From contig CANIXX010000001.1 of the NCBI GenBank assembly GCA_947471115.1, positions 1 through 49,906 on the forward strand: a stretch of 49,906 bases of DNA, read 5' to 3'. Position numbers and translations under genes: made by a program. Within the stretch, counting starts at the first letter, position 1. Every line of letters begins with the position of its first letter. Below, piece by piece: positions 1 through 8,709 of this stretch. The DNA is from Opitutaceae bacterium (GTDB lineage Bacteria; Verrucomicrobiota; Verrucomicrobiia; Opitutales; Opitutaceae). The notes below the pieces were generated by a model. It ran no database searches. It was not told the origin of the DNA and saw only the letters and a program-made list of their open reading frames with translations.

Positions 1-1008
1 ACCATCGCCTGGTTCTCCAAGCGCGGCGTCGAACTTAAAACCGAAGCCGACGGGCGCATGTTTCCCGTGACCGACGACTCCGGCACCATCGTGGACTGCC
101 TGCGCCGCACCGCCGATCAGGCCGGCGTGAAGGTGTTTACCACCATGGGAGTGCGCCGCATCGAGCGAGTCGAACCGTCCGAGGGCGAGGCGTCGGGCGC
201 TCCCTTGGGCAAAGTTTTCCGCGTTGAATTTACCGACAACTCCGTGGGCGAGTTCGACCGCGTGCTCATCGCCACCGGCGGCACCAAGGGCTCAGCCGGC
301 CAGCTCATTGCCGCCGAGCTCGGCCACACCATCGAGCCCCCGGTGCCGTCCCTGTTTACCTTTCACATCGATGATACGCGTATCCGCGGTTTGGAGGGCC
401 TGAGTGTTCCCGCCGCCGCCACGTCTGTGTTGGGGACGCAACTCAAGGATTCTGGCGGGCTGCTCATTACGCACTGGGGCATGAGCGGGCCGGCCATCCT
501 CAAACTCTCGGCGTGGGGTGCGCGGCAACTCGCCGACTGCGGCTATCAATTTACTCTCGTGGTTTCCTGGGCCGAGGGACGCACGGTCGCGCAGACCATG
601 GAGACGCTGGTGGCTGCCCGTTTGGCCAACCTAAAAAAACAAATCGCCACGTGGAACCCGTTTGCTCTGCCCGCGCGCCTGTGGGAGCGCCTGATCATCG
701 CCGCCGGTCTCAAGCCGGAGACGGTCTGGACCTCGGTTTCGAACGCCTCGCTGCTGACCCTCGCCGGTCAGGTGGCGGCGGCCGCCTTCACCGTCGAAGG
801 CAAGAGCCTCAATAAAGACGAGTTCGTGACGTGTGGCGGCGTGCAGTTACGCGAAGTGGATTTCAAGACGATGGAAAGCCGCGTGTGCCCGGGACTGCAT
901 TTCGCCGGCGAAGTGCTCAACATCGACGGCATCACGGGCGGGTTTAACTTCCAAGCGGCGTGGACAACCGGCTGGCTGGCGGGTCAGGCGATGGCGGCAG
1001 ACGTGTAA
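1..1008 (+). CDS. HI0933/YhiN (BaiN-like) family NAD(P)/FAD-dependent oxidoreductase, 5'-truncated by window edge
   Basis: Frame open from base 1 (TIAWFSKRGVELKTEADGRMFP); motifs LIATGG, LLITHWGMSGPAIL, VTCGGV, GLHFAGEVLNIDGITGGFNFQAAWTTG. Confidence 0.9.
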   Translation, partial: TIAWFSKRGVELKTEADGRMFPVTDDSGTIVDCLRRTADQAGVKVFTTMGVRRIERVEPSEGEASGAPLGKVFRVEFTDNSVGEFDRVLIATGGTKGSAGQLIAAELGHTIEPPVPSLFTFHIDDTRIRGLEGLSVPAAATSVLGTQLKDSGGLLITHWGMSGPAILKLSAWGARQLADCGYQFTLVVSWAEGRTVAQTMETLVAARLANLKKQIATWNPFALPARLWERLIIAAGLKPETVWTSVSNASLLTLAGQVAAAAFTVEGKSLNKDEFVTCGGVQLREVDFKTMESRVCPGLHFAGEVLNIDGITGGFNFQAAWTTGWLAGQAMAADV

Positions 1009-1026
1009 CAACGGAAGGCTCCGCCC

Positions 1027-1977
1027 ATGCTACCCTCGTATTGGCAATTGTTGCTGCTGGTTCTGCCCGTTTTTATCCTCATCGCGCTCGGGGCGGTCAT
1101 GCGCCGCCTGCGTTGGCTCTCGCCCGAGGCCGACGCCAGCCTGCTCAAGCTGGTCATGGGGTTTCTTTACCCGTGCCTGATTTTTGAGAACGTGTTGGGC
1201 AGTGCCGCGCTGCGCCAACCGGGTAACCTGCTGTTCGCGCCGTTGATGGGTTTTGTTACCATCGCGATGGGCATTTACATCGGTTTTTACGTGGGCCGCC
1301 TGCTCGGACTCACCGTCGGTGAAGGCTTACGCACCTTTGCGTTTTCTACCGGCATTTACAATTACGGTTACGTGGCGATTCCGCTGATGGTGGCACTGTT
1401 TGGGGAAAGCAGCGTGGGCGTCTTACTGGTGTATAACGTCGGCTGCGAGGCGGCCATTTGGTCGGTGGGCATTCTCATGCTCGCGGGGCTTTCGCTGAGT
1501 GAAGGCTGGCGCAAGCTCATCAATGCCCCAGTGCTCGCGCTGCTGGCTGCGGTGTTGGGGAACCTGTTCGACCTTGGCCGATTTATGCCCTCGGTCGCCA
1601 GCAATGTAATACACGTGAGCGCGGCGTGTGCAGTGCCCATTGGCCTGCTGCTGATCGGGGCCACTTTGATGAAGTACCTGGAGCGCCCCCGTGATCTGTT
1701 TGACCTGCGGGTCACCTTTGGTTCGAGCGTGCTGCGGCTCGGGGTATTGCCGGTGCTGTTTCTGGTCATGGCAAAGTTTCTGCCGCTGCCCGATGATTTG
1801 AAGCGCGTGATGATCGTGCAGGCGGCTATGCCGGCCGGGGTCATGCCGCTGGTAATCGCGCAGCATTACGGCGGCCGCCCGCTCACCGCCGTGCAGATTG
1901 TCATCGGCACGACCGCGCTGGGGATTTTCCTCATTCCGCTCTGGCTTCGCCTCGGGCTGATGTGGATCGGGGTGTAG
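1027..1977 (+). CDS. AEC (auxin efflux carrier) family membrane transporter
   Basis: 316 aa, about 10 hydrophobic segments, NYGYVAIPL and QAAMPAG motifs. Confidence 0.85.
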   Translation: MLPSYWQLLLLVLPVFILIALGAVMRRLRWLSPEADASLLKLVMGFLYPCLIFENVLGSAALRQPGNLLFAPLMGFVTIAMGIYIGFYVGRLLGLTVGEGLRTFAFSTGIYNYGYVAIPLMVALFGESSVGVLLVYNVGCEAAIWSVGILMLAGLSLSEGWRKLINAPVLALLAAVLGNLFDLGRFMPSVASNVIHVSAACAVPIGLLLIGATLMKYLERPRDLFDLRVTFGSSVLRLGVLPVLFLVMAKFLPLPDDLKRVMIVQAAMPAGVMPLVIAQHYGGRPLTAVQIVIGTTALGIFLIPLWLRLGLMWIGV

Positions 1978-2012
1978 CGGGGACTCACGATAAATCTCGC
2001 TCAAGATGAGAG

Positions 2013-2036
2013 GAATTGGCCGTCCCCGGCCAATTC
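2013..2036. repeat. Palindromic REP-like unit GAATTGGCCG-TCCC-CGGCCAATTC
   Basis: Perfect 10-bp stem between convergent genes; related copies at 8615-8636 and 8655-8674. Confidence 0.6.
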
Positions 2037-2114
2037 AGCTTACATCAAAAACGAATTGGGCTGACCGGCGAGAGGTCGCTCTGCGTCACGCCTCAAGCTG
2101 CCGCGCCAGTAAGA

Positions 2115-3419
2115 TCAGGCACCGCTGTTCTGGCCCCGTGCCAGCGACTGGGTTGTTTTGGAGCTCAGTTCGAGGGTTTGCGTCGGGAAGGCGAAGGAAA
2201 GGCCGCGGGCTTGAACGGCGCGCATAATGGCCAGATTGATGCGCTGGCGAAGGCGCATGTGCTTGTTGAAATCCGGGTCGCGCGCGACGTACACGATCCA
2301 CACATCGATCGACGACGCACTGTAGTCGCGGAAATAAACGTGAAACGAATTCGGATCGATCTCGGCTTCGTTGAGCAGGATTTGGCGGAAATCTTCGACA
2401 ATCGCCTCCATTTGTTCGGGCGAAGTGTCGTAGGTGAGGCCGATCACCTGTTCGACCCGGCGTTCGAGAAACCGTGCAAGGTTGGTGACCACCTCGGAGG
2501 CGACCATTTTGTTGGGCAGGACGATCAGGGATTTGTCCACGGCGCGCAGCTTGGTGGAACGTAGGCCGATGTCTTCGACCGTTCCGGTAAACGCGCCGAT
2601 TTTAACAGTCTCACCGAGTTTAAACGGCTGGTCGATGGCGACCACCACGGAGCCGAACAAGTTGGCGATAGTGTCCTGGGCGGCGAGGGCGAAGGCCAAG
2701 CCGCCGATGCCCAAACCGGCGAGAAAAGCCTTCACGTTAGCGCCCAGGCTTTGGGCTATCATCAACACGCCCAGCACCACGAACAGCGTGACCAGCGCCT
2801 TTTTTATCCACGGCATAAAGGCGGACACTCCGGCTTGGCGCTCTTGGGCGATTTCAGCCAAATGGTCGAGGAAGGCGTTGAGGGTGCGTAGGAGTGTCCA
2901 AAAAAAACATACCGAGAAGGCGACCGTCATGGAGACCTTGAGGATGTCGTCGCCTGCGGTGGGCAGTTTAAGGACCTTGATTGCGGCGAATAAACCGAGC
3001 AGAGCGACGAAGGTCGCAGCGGGCGACTCCAGTGCGGGAAACAGCTTGTCGTCAAAGGTGGTGGAGGTGCGCGACGCCAGTTTTTTGAGGAAGCCGAAGA
3101 TCCACTGGGTTACCACGCGGCGCAGCAGGTAGAAAACGACGAGCAGGGTCGCAGAAATTGCGTAGTGCTGCCACGAGTTACCGCTGCTGCGCACGTTAAA
3201 AAGCGCGAGAATGGCGTCCACCAATTGTTCGAGGTAATCGGTGGCGGGTGCAGCGTGGGGCCTGTAAGCAAGCGCTGCGGCGGCTTGGGTCGTAAGCTCG
3301 GCGGACGAGACGGTGCCGGGCTGCACGGCGGTGTCGGCATTGGCCGAGGGAGTGTTCTGGGCCCAGGCGGACGACAGGCTTAGGACGAGAAAAACAAAGG
3401 CGGCGCGCACGTGTTTCAT
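2115..3419 (-). CDS. mscS: Small-conductance mechanosensitive channel (MscS family)
   Basis: AGLGIGGLAFALAAQDTIANLFGS, PFKLGETVKIG, GTVEDIGLRSTKLR; start set at MKHVRAA (signal peptide-like). Confidence 0.9.
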   Translation of the reverse strand: MKHVRAAFVFLVLSLSSAWAQNTPSANADTAVQPGTVSSAELTTQAAAALAYRPHAAPATDYLEQLVDAILALFNVRSSGNSWQHYAISATLLVVFYLLRRVVTQWIFGFLKKLASRTSTTFDDKLFPALESPAATFVALLGLFAAIKVLKLPTAGDDILKVSMTVAFSVCFFWTLLRTLNAFLDHLAEIAQERQAGVSAFMPWIKKALVTLFVVLGVLMIAQSLGANVKAFLAGLGIGGLAFALAAQDTIANLFGSVVVAIDQPFKLGETVKIGAFTGTVEDIGLRSTKLRAVDKSLIVLPNKMVASEVVTNLARFLERRVEQVIGLTYDTSPEQMEAIVEDFRQILLNEAEIDPNSFHVYFRDYSASSIDVWIVYVARDPDFNKHMRLRQRINLAIMRAVQARGLSFAFPTQTLELSSKTTQSLARGQNSGA

Positions 3420-3504
3420 GGGAAGCGCACACTTTTCCGGACGGCTTCGAGGGCTGTCAACTCCCTCGTCCCGCCTCTTGGGTGGCGTGGATAAGTAAGT
3501 CCTC

Positions 3505-3682
3505 AGGCTGCCCTGCACGACTCGCGGCGGTGGCTTAAGGACGGGGCGGGGCGGTTGGATTCATCTACCAATACCCCAAAGTGAAGGACCTGAACCATTG
3601 GCATGATGTATCCCCGTAACGGCTCGACCCTGTCTATTCCTTTTCTTGGCGGGTTTTGAAGTTCTTGCGGAAGCGCAGGCCG
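3505..3682 (+). ncRNA. ssrS: Probable 6S RNA
   Basis: About 175-nt rod: 5' CCTGC pairs with 3' GCAGG; TCGCGG with TTGCGG; GACGGGGCGGGGC with GCTCGACCCTGTC, flanking an unpaired central bubble; contains CCTGAACC; no credible ORF; ends approximate. Confidence 0.6.
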
Positions 3683-3834
3683 TGAAGCCAACCGGAGACG
3701 CGCCAAGAGGTGACGCCATTGCGGTTAACGAACCGGGATACGTCGAAAGATTTGTCGGCCATGTGAAGGTTGCCACGTCAACTGGCAATCTAGGCGACGT
3801 CTTTCACCGAAGCGCTTATTTAGAGCGACTTAAG

Positions 3835-3909
3835 TGGTGCGGGCAGAGGGAGTCGAACCCTCTTCTCATGCTTGGGAAGCACACATAATAGCCGGTATAC
3901 TATGCCCGC
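3835..3909 (-). tRNA. tRNA-Gly (anticodon CCC), CCA encoded
   Basis: Reverse complement GCGGGCATAGTATACCGGCTATTATGTGTGCTTCCCAAGCATGAGAAGAGGGTTCGACTCCCTCTGCCCGCACCA folds as a cloverleaf with GGTTCGACTCC T-arm. Confidence 0.95.
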
Positions 3910-3958
3910 GTCTAACTACTTACGTTGGCTAACAAAGTCATCCCGCTCCCGTCCGCAA

Positions 3959-4555
3959 TCACGAATATTCACGCCGCGCATCTAACGCGCTTTTTAGCGT
4001 CACCGAATCCGCATATAGAACCCCGCCGCCACTCGGCAGGCCGAAACCTATGCGTGTCACCTGAATAGGCAGGTCTTTGGGCAGGTGCTCAGTCAGGTAA
4101 TGGCAGGTCGCCTCACCCTCCACGTCATTGGATAAGGCCAAGATCAGCTCTCGCACTGCGCCCGCTTGAGCGCGGCCAAGCAGGGTCTTCAGGTTGATCT
4201 CGCCCGGCCCTACGCCATGGATTGGCGAGAGCTTCCCGTGCAACACATGGTAAACCCCGCGGTACGCCCCCGAGCGCTCCAGCGCCACCAGGTCGGGCAC
4301 GTTTTCCACCACACAAACAATGCGCTGGTCGCGCCGCTCGTCGTCGCAAATCGCACAGTGCTCGGCCTCCGCCAGGTTCCCGCAGCGCTGGCAGCGGCGC
4401 ACACTGCGGGCCGCTTCTTCCAGAGCCTGAATCAACACCGGCAGTGCCTCGGGCTTGCCCACCAGCAGGTGCAGGGCGATGCGCTCCGCCGAGCGGTAAC
4501 CCACGCCGGGTAACTGCTTGAGCTGCTGTTGGAGTCGTTCGAAGGCGGGAGTCAT
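3959..4555 (-). CDS. recR: Recombination mediator RecR
   Basis: LPGVGYRSAERIA HhH, CQRCGNL...CAIC zinc finger, YHVLHGKLSP, EGEATCHY Toprim. Confidence 0.95.
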   Translation of the reverse strand: MTPAFERLQQQLKQLPGVGYRSAERIALHLLVGKPEALPVLIQALEEAARSVRRCQRCGNLAEAEHCAICDDERRDQRIVCVVENVPDLVALERSGAYRGVYHVLHGKLSPIHGVGPGEINLKTLLGRAQAGAVRELILALSNDVEGEATCHYLTEHLPKDLPIQVTRIGFGLPSGGGVLYADSVTLKSALDARREYS

Positions 4556-4583
4556 AAAAAAGCCGGGCGCGGGGGCGCCCGGC
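4556..4583 (-). terminator. GC hairpin plus T6 between ybaB and recR
   Basis: Minus strand GCCGGGCGC-CCCC-GCGCCCGGC-TTTTTT immediately followed by the recR ATG. Confidence 0.55.
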
Positions 4584-4598
4584 ACTCAGAACTTTCGC

Positions 4599-4907
4599 TT
4601 AGAACATGCCTGGCATCTGGAAGGCAGAGGTGACCTTCTGCATCTCGGCGTCGTTGTAGTCCTTGGCCTGCTTGGCGGCATCTTGGATGGCGGCGAGCAG
4701 GGTGTCGGCGATCAGCTTGGAGTCCTCTTTGAGGAACTCCGGGTCTAGGGCCAGCGCGAGGAATTTGCCCGCGCCATTGATCTTCACTTTGACGGCGCCA
4801 CCGCCCGCAGTGACATCGATTTCTTTGGTTCCGAGCTGAGTCTGGATCGACTCGATGGAACGCTGCATTTTCTGGGCTTGTTTGAGGAGTTTGCCTACGC
4901 CGGCCAT
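4599..4907 (-). CDS. ybaB: YbaB/EbfC nucleoid-associated protein
   Basis: KLLKQAQKMQ, AGGGAVKVKING, adjacent to recR. Confidence 0.95.
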   Translation of the reverse strand: MAGVGKLLKQAQKMQRSIESIQTQLGTKEIDVTAGGGAVKVKINGAGKFLALALDPEFLKEDSKLIADTLLAAIQDAAKQAKDYNDAEMQKVTSAFQMPGMF

Positions 4908-5229
4908 GGTAAAGAAGGGTTGTTGGTTAAACGCTGCGGGTTGAGAAAGGGCTAGTGCCTAGCAAGCGGGGCAAGTCTTCAAGCCCCAAGTAATCTAAGG
5001 TGTGCTAAAAACTGCTCAGCGGGCCGCCTGTGTGCGCGAAATTAGCCGCCTTTTTTGCTCACCACCGCCGCTTCAATCGGGTCGTACCAATCGGCCGCTT
5101 ATTCACCTCGATCGCTCGCTAAAATTTTAACGCATAGTGTTATTTATAAGTTTTATATGAACTAAAATTGCGGTCGAAAAAAACTGCGCTAGGTGTTCGC
5201 CGAGGGGTTCGAAAAAGTGAATTTTTTGT

Positions 5230-5256
5230 TAAAGTCTAAGGGGTGCGGTCCGATGG
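5230..5256 (+). promoter_or_regulatory. Putative sigma-28 (FliA) promoter
   Basis: TAAA-N15-TCCGATGG versus consensus TAAA-N15-GCCGATAA. Confidence 0.45.
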
Positions 5257-5306
5257 TATTAGGGTCGGTGGAATTGGCCCAGTAATTGCATTAATCCAAG
5301 TCTCTC

Positions 5307-5543
5307 ATGAAATCCTCGGTCGCCAATAAATCGAACCCCCAATCGCCCAATCCCATTTCAGTTGGTCTGAGTTGCTGGTTGTGGGAGCGTGAGCGCGTGC
5401 GCCGGATCGTTCGTCTGGGAGAAAAGTGGGGCGTGAATTTGAGGTTAACTCAGCAAGTCCACGGCCTGCGCCGCGACATCCGGTGTCAGGTCACCGGACC
5501 AAACGTGGACCGTTTCATCGGTGAATTCGCCCGCCGTTGCTAG
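5307..5543 (+). CDS. Small hypothetical protein (78 aa)
   Basis: ATG ORF downstream of a sigma-28-like promoter in an otherwise empty region; globular-looking C-terminal half. Confidence 0.5.
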   Translation: MKSSVANKSNPQSPNPISVGLSCWLWERERVRRIVRLGEKWGVNLRLTQQVHGLRRDIRCQVTGPNVDRFIGEFARRC

Positions 5544-5784
5544 CAGTAGCTGTCTATGGTCGGCGCATGGAACGGGTTGGGTTCCTCGGCTCGATTCCCG
5601 TCGTTAGCACAGTAGAAATGCCAGAGCTTTAAAGGGCATAGAAGAGTCGATACGAAGCGCTAAAAAACGCGGTGCAGTGCCCGTTTCGCCGCGTGAATCG
5701 TTCCCGATCGCACGGTTCATGCCGCTCTGGGTCGGAAACCGCCTTTAAAACAGCCCATTTTTTTGGGATTTGCAGATTTTCGCT

Positions 5785-5811
5785 TAAGCTGGATGGGGTT
5801 TGCGCCGAATA
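5785..5811 (+). promoter_or_regulatory. Putative sigma-28 (FliA) promoter of cheX
   Basis: TAAG-N15-GCCGAATA about 60 nt upstream of a chemotaxis gene. Confidence 0.6.
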
Positions 5812-5870
5812 CAGGGGAATCCCCGCTTCATGGGTTGCGGTCCGCATTCTCCCTCTACCTTTATTTCGCT

Positions 5871-6377
5871 ATGTCTGACCGCGCTCCCCTCACCCCAGAA
5901 CTCCTCGATCGGGCCGTTCGGCAGGCGTTTGACCATGTGTTCCCCATTCTCGTCAAAACCAATACCCGCTTCATCGACAGCGCGCCGCAAATTGATGCCA
6001 GTATCCTTGGTGATGGTGGACTGGTCATGGGTTGCGTGGGTTTTCTCGGTGATATCGATGGGTTTATCCATCTTCGCTTCTCTGACGAGTGCTCCCAGGT
6101 GATCGCGGGTCTCATACTCGGCATGAGCCCCGACGAGATCAAAGCGGAGGGTTTTGATTTGGTTAAAGACAGTTTGGGCGAACTGACCAACATGTCCGTG
6201 GGCAATTTCAAAAACGGGCTGTGTGACCTGGGCTATCCCTGTAAATTGACGCTACCGACGATCGTGCGAGGGACGCATCTGGTGGTGCCGACTGCCAAGG
6301 GGGCGACCCGGCGGGTTTATCATTTTGAAATCGTAGGACACCCGTTGCTCGCCGATTTGCAGCTCAAGGTGGATTGA
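5871..6377 (+). CDS. cheX: Chemotaxis phosphatase CheX family protein
   Basis: VGFLGDIDG, DSLGELTNMSVGNFK (ExxN), LTLPTIVRG; ATG at 5871. Confidence 0.9.
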   Translation: MSDRAPLTPELLDRAVRQAFDHVFPILVKTNTRFIDSAPQIDASILGDGGLVMGCVGFLGDIDGFIHLRFSDECSQVIAGLILGMSPDEIKAEGFDLVKDSLGELTNMSVGNFKNGLCDLGYPCKLTLPTIVRGTHLVVPTAKGATRRVYHFEIVGHPLLADLQLKVD

Positions 6378-6421
6378 GCGCTGGGGGGCCGTCGTAGGGC
6401 CGTAATCTACGAGATTCCGGT

Positions 6422-6547
6422 TTGATCTCTGAGGTGCTGAGGTAGTGCGGTGCTTTAGCCCGCAGGTTTGAACAAATTTCCATTGCAATCGTCGATGCGG
6501 GCTGAAGCACCGCACTACTTTTTATCCGACAACTTAAATGTTACAGC
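6422..6547. repeat. GTAG-type REP doublet (REPIN-like), copy 1
   Basis: GTAGTGCGGTGCTTTAGCCCGCA (6442-6464) inverted against TGCGGGCTGAAGCACCGCACTAC (6496-6518); flanks shared with 29141-29260. Confidence 0.85.
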
Positions 6548-6550
6548 CTG

Positions 6551-7444
6551 CTAGCCTCTCCGTTTGGCGGTGGGCAGGGTTGCGAGCAACACCTTGACCG
6601 GTGCGGAGGTTTTTCCGCGTAACCACGCCACCATGAGCTGCCATTTTGCTCCCGTGTCGCTGAGCGGGCGAAACACCACTCCGGGCACCGGGCGTTGGGC
6701 CGCATAATCGGGCAACAGGAGCACTGCGCCCTCGGTCACCACCAAAGCCAAGGCGTGCGTCAGGCTGTCGGCATCTTGCACGAAGCGCGCCCGGAACCCC
6801 GCGCGTTTGCACAACCTGGCAACCCACGGGTTGTGGCCGGGCAGATCGCCGTCGTGCGCGCCCACAAAAACGTCCTTTCGCAACTCCCCCAGTTTCACGC
6901 TTTCTGCGGCAGCTAGCTTATGGTCGGCGGGAATCGCCACCATCACCGGCAGCACCGCGAGCGTTCGCACATAAAACTCCTTGGATTGCAGCCCGTTTTC
7001 CTGGCCGATCAGGCCCACGTCGATATCGCCTTTGCGCAGTGCCGCGATCTGCTCCCCCGGCGAAAGATCCAGCATGCGCACCTTCACCTCGGGGTGGGTT
7101 TGGCGCAGGGCGACCAACGCCGGGTTGAGGTAATCGGAGGCCGCCGAAAGCAGATAACCGATGCGCAACTCCTCGCTTTGCCCGCGCGCTCGCCGGCGCA
7201 CCTCGCCTAGCACGGTGTCAAACGAGGCCAGCACCGGTTGCATGCCATCAAAGAGCGCATGCCCGGTGGCACTGAGCGCAACTCCGCCCGGCCCGCGTTC
7301 CAGCAGGGCCGCGCCGATTTCTTGCTCCAGCGCCTGCAGCTGGCGGCTGAGTGTCGATTGGGAAACATGCAGGCGTTCGGCCGCCTGACTGAGGCTGCCG
7401 TGTTCGACGATGGTGAAAAACGAACGCAGGAGGGTTAGGTTCAC
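6551..7444 (-). CDS. LysR family transcriptional regulator
   Basis: HGSLSQAAERLHVSQSTLSRQLQALEQEIGAALLER HTH plus substrate-binding domain; GTG start. Confidence 0.92.
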   Translation of the reverse strand: MNLTLLRSFFTIVEHGSLSQAAERLHVSQSTLSRQLQALEQEIGAALLERGPGGVALSATGHALFDGMQPVLASFDTVLGEVRRRARGQSEELRIGYLLSAASDYLNPALVALRQTHPEVKVRMLDLSPGEQIAALRKGDIDVGLIGQENGLQSKEFYVRTLAVLPVMVAIPADHKLAAAESVKLGELRKDVFVGAHDGDLPGHNPWVARLCKRAGFRARFVQDADSLTHALALVVTEGAVLLLPDYAAQRPVPGVVFRPLSDTGAKWQLMVAWLRGKTSAPVKVLLATLPTAKRRG

Positions 7445-7459
7445 GTTGCCGCCCAAGCT

Positions 7460-7474
7460 ATGCGAAAAACGCAT
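7460..7474. promoter_or_regulatory. LysR recognition box (T-N11-A palindrome)
   Basis: ATGCG-AAAAA-CGCAT between divergent lysR and yceI. Confidence 0.65.
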
Positions 7475-7520
7475 GGGGGCAATCCGTTCCTTGCACTAGC
7501 GGTAAAGCGACCGGTGGGTT

Positions 7521-8183
7521 ATGGTCTTGGCCATGCGTTTTAACTTCTCCATCGCCTCCTCCCTTCGTCTGCCAGTCGTGTTTGCCGCGTGCGCGCTGCT
7601 AACCTCCACCGCCGCTCACGCTGCGCCCCAAACCTTCGACTTCAAAGACCCAAAGGGCGTGAACAACATCCAGTTCAACCTCGACGCCCCGCTTGAAGCC
7701 ATCACTGGCACCGCCAACGGGGTGAGCGGCAGCGTGAGTTTTGATCTCGATGCGCCCGCCGCTACCACCGGCCGCATCGTGCTCGAAGCCAAGTCGCTTA
7801 CCGTGGGCAACTCGAAGATGCTCGAACACCTTCAGGGGGCTAAGTGGCTCGATGTGGCCCAGTACCCGACCATCGTTTTCGAGGCCTCCAAGCTCTCCAA
7901 CGTCCGCACCCAGGGCGCGCAGATCCTCGCCGACCTCACCGGTAAACTCACGCTCAAGGGCATCACCAAGGAGCTGACCGTGCCGGTCTCCTTCACCTAC
8001 TTGGCGGACAAGCTCGGGGCGCGTCTCAACGACGAGAAGATCAAGGGCGACTTACTGGTGTTGCGCGCCACCTTCGAGATCAACCGCAGCGAGTTTAACA
8101 TCATGGCTGGTCAGGCCACCGAAAAGGTTTCCGAGAGCATCCAGCTCTCCCTGGCAATCGCCGGCGCCGCGCCCAAAAACTAA
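7521..8183 (+). CDS. YceI family (polyisoprenoid-binding) secreted protein
   Basis: Signal peptide; HLQGAKWLDVAQYPTIVF, GKLTLKGITKE, FEINRSEFNI; start may be 7533. Confidence 0.9.
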   Translation: MVLAMRFNFSIASSLRLPVVFAACALLTSTAAHAAPQTFDFKDPKGVNNIQFNLDAPLEAITGTANGVSGSVSFDLDAPAATTGRIVLEAKSLTVGNSKMLEHLQGAKWLDVAQYPTIVFEASKLSNVRTQGAQILADLTGKLTLKGITKELTVPVSFTYLADKLGARLNDEKIKGDLLVLRATFEINRSEFNIMAGQATEKVSESIQLSLAIAGAAPKN

Positions 8184-8197
8184 CCACCCAATCCGAA

Positions 8198-8219
8198 GTA
8201 GCGCGGTGCTTTAGCCCGC
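8198..8219 (+). repeat. Single GTAG-type REP arm
   Basis: GTAGCGCGGTGCTTTAGCCCGC, one mismatch to the arms at 6442 and 29153. Confidence 0.8.
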
Positions 8220-8264
8220 TTCAGAACGATGGAGATAAAATCCCCGCCGCGCCTTCGTTTTTTA

Positions 8265-8588
8265 GCACCGGTCGCTTCGCTGGATTTCCGGCAGGCGCGT
8301 CTTCAGCCCCACGCGTTGCGGCAAACCGACGCAGCCGTTTTGGCGAAGACCTCGTCACCTTCGTCGATATTGAAGGCGTTCTCGTCGAACGGGTCGCGGT
8401 GGCGGCCGACTGGCTGCACGGATTGGTTGGGGCATCCTGAAATTGTCACGGTCACGCCCTGTTTTGCGATTGATGAGCCGGTGACGAACCTCTGCACCAC
8501 GCTCAGGTTGCCTGGCCCATTGGAGCGCTCGCGTCGCGAGATTGAACGCCACCTGCCTACGCTCGCTCCCGCACGCCGCTACACCTGA
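8265..8588 (+). pseudogene. Remnant of a VOC-family ring-cleaving dioxygenase (MhqO/MhqA-like)
   Basis: Fragments in shifting frames: SLDFRQARLQPHAL / RFGEDLVTFVDIEGVLVERV / EIVTVTPCFAIDEPVTNLCTTLRLPGPLERSRREIERHLPTL. Confidence 0.6.
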
Positions 8589-8595
8589 GTCTAAT

Positions 8596-8674
8596 TCCCG
8601 ATCAAGATCAGGAAAATTGGCCGGGTACGGCCAACCTAGTACACGGGATCGGGAGTTGGCCGTCCCTAGCCAAG
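8596..8674. repeat. TTGGCCG-type REP-like palindrome pair
   Basis: TTGGCCGGGTACGGCCAA and GTTGGCCGTCCCTAGCCAA, plus outer TCCCGATC/GATCGGGA; similar to 2001-2036. Confidence 0.55.
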
Positions 8675-8709
8675 TCCGCACACCTTGAGGATGCATGGGT
8701 AGAATACCT

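Noticed and set aside
3575-3600. SRP RNA (ffs) near recR, suggested by minus-strand TCAGGTCC
   Set aside because: Lacks the following GGAAGGAAGCAGC domain IV motif; a 6S-like fold fits better
3683-3909. tRNA-Gly as an integration site of a genomic island
   Set aside because: No integrase, no duplicate of the tRNA 3' end seen in the window, and housekeeping genes on both sides
4908-5306. AT-rich intergenic region as oriC
   Set aside because: No cluster of TTATCCACA boxes and no dnaA/dnaN nearby
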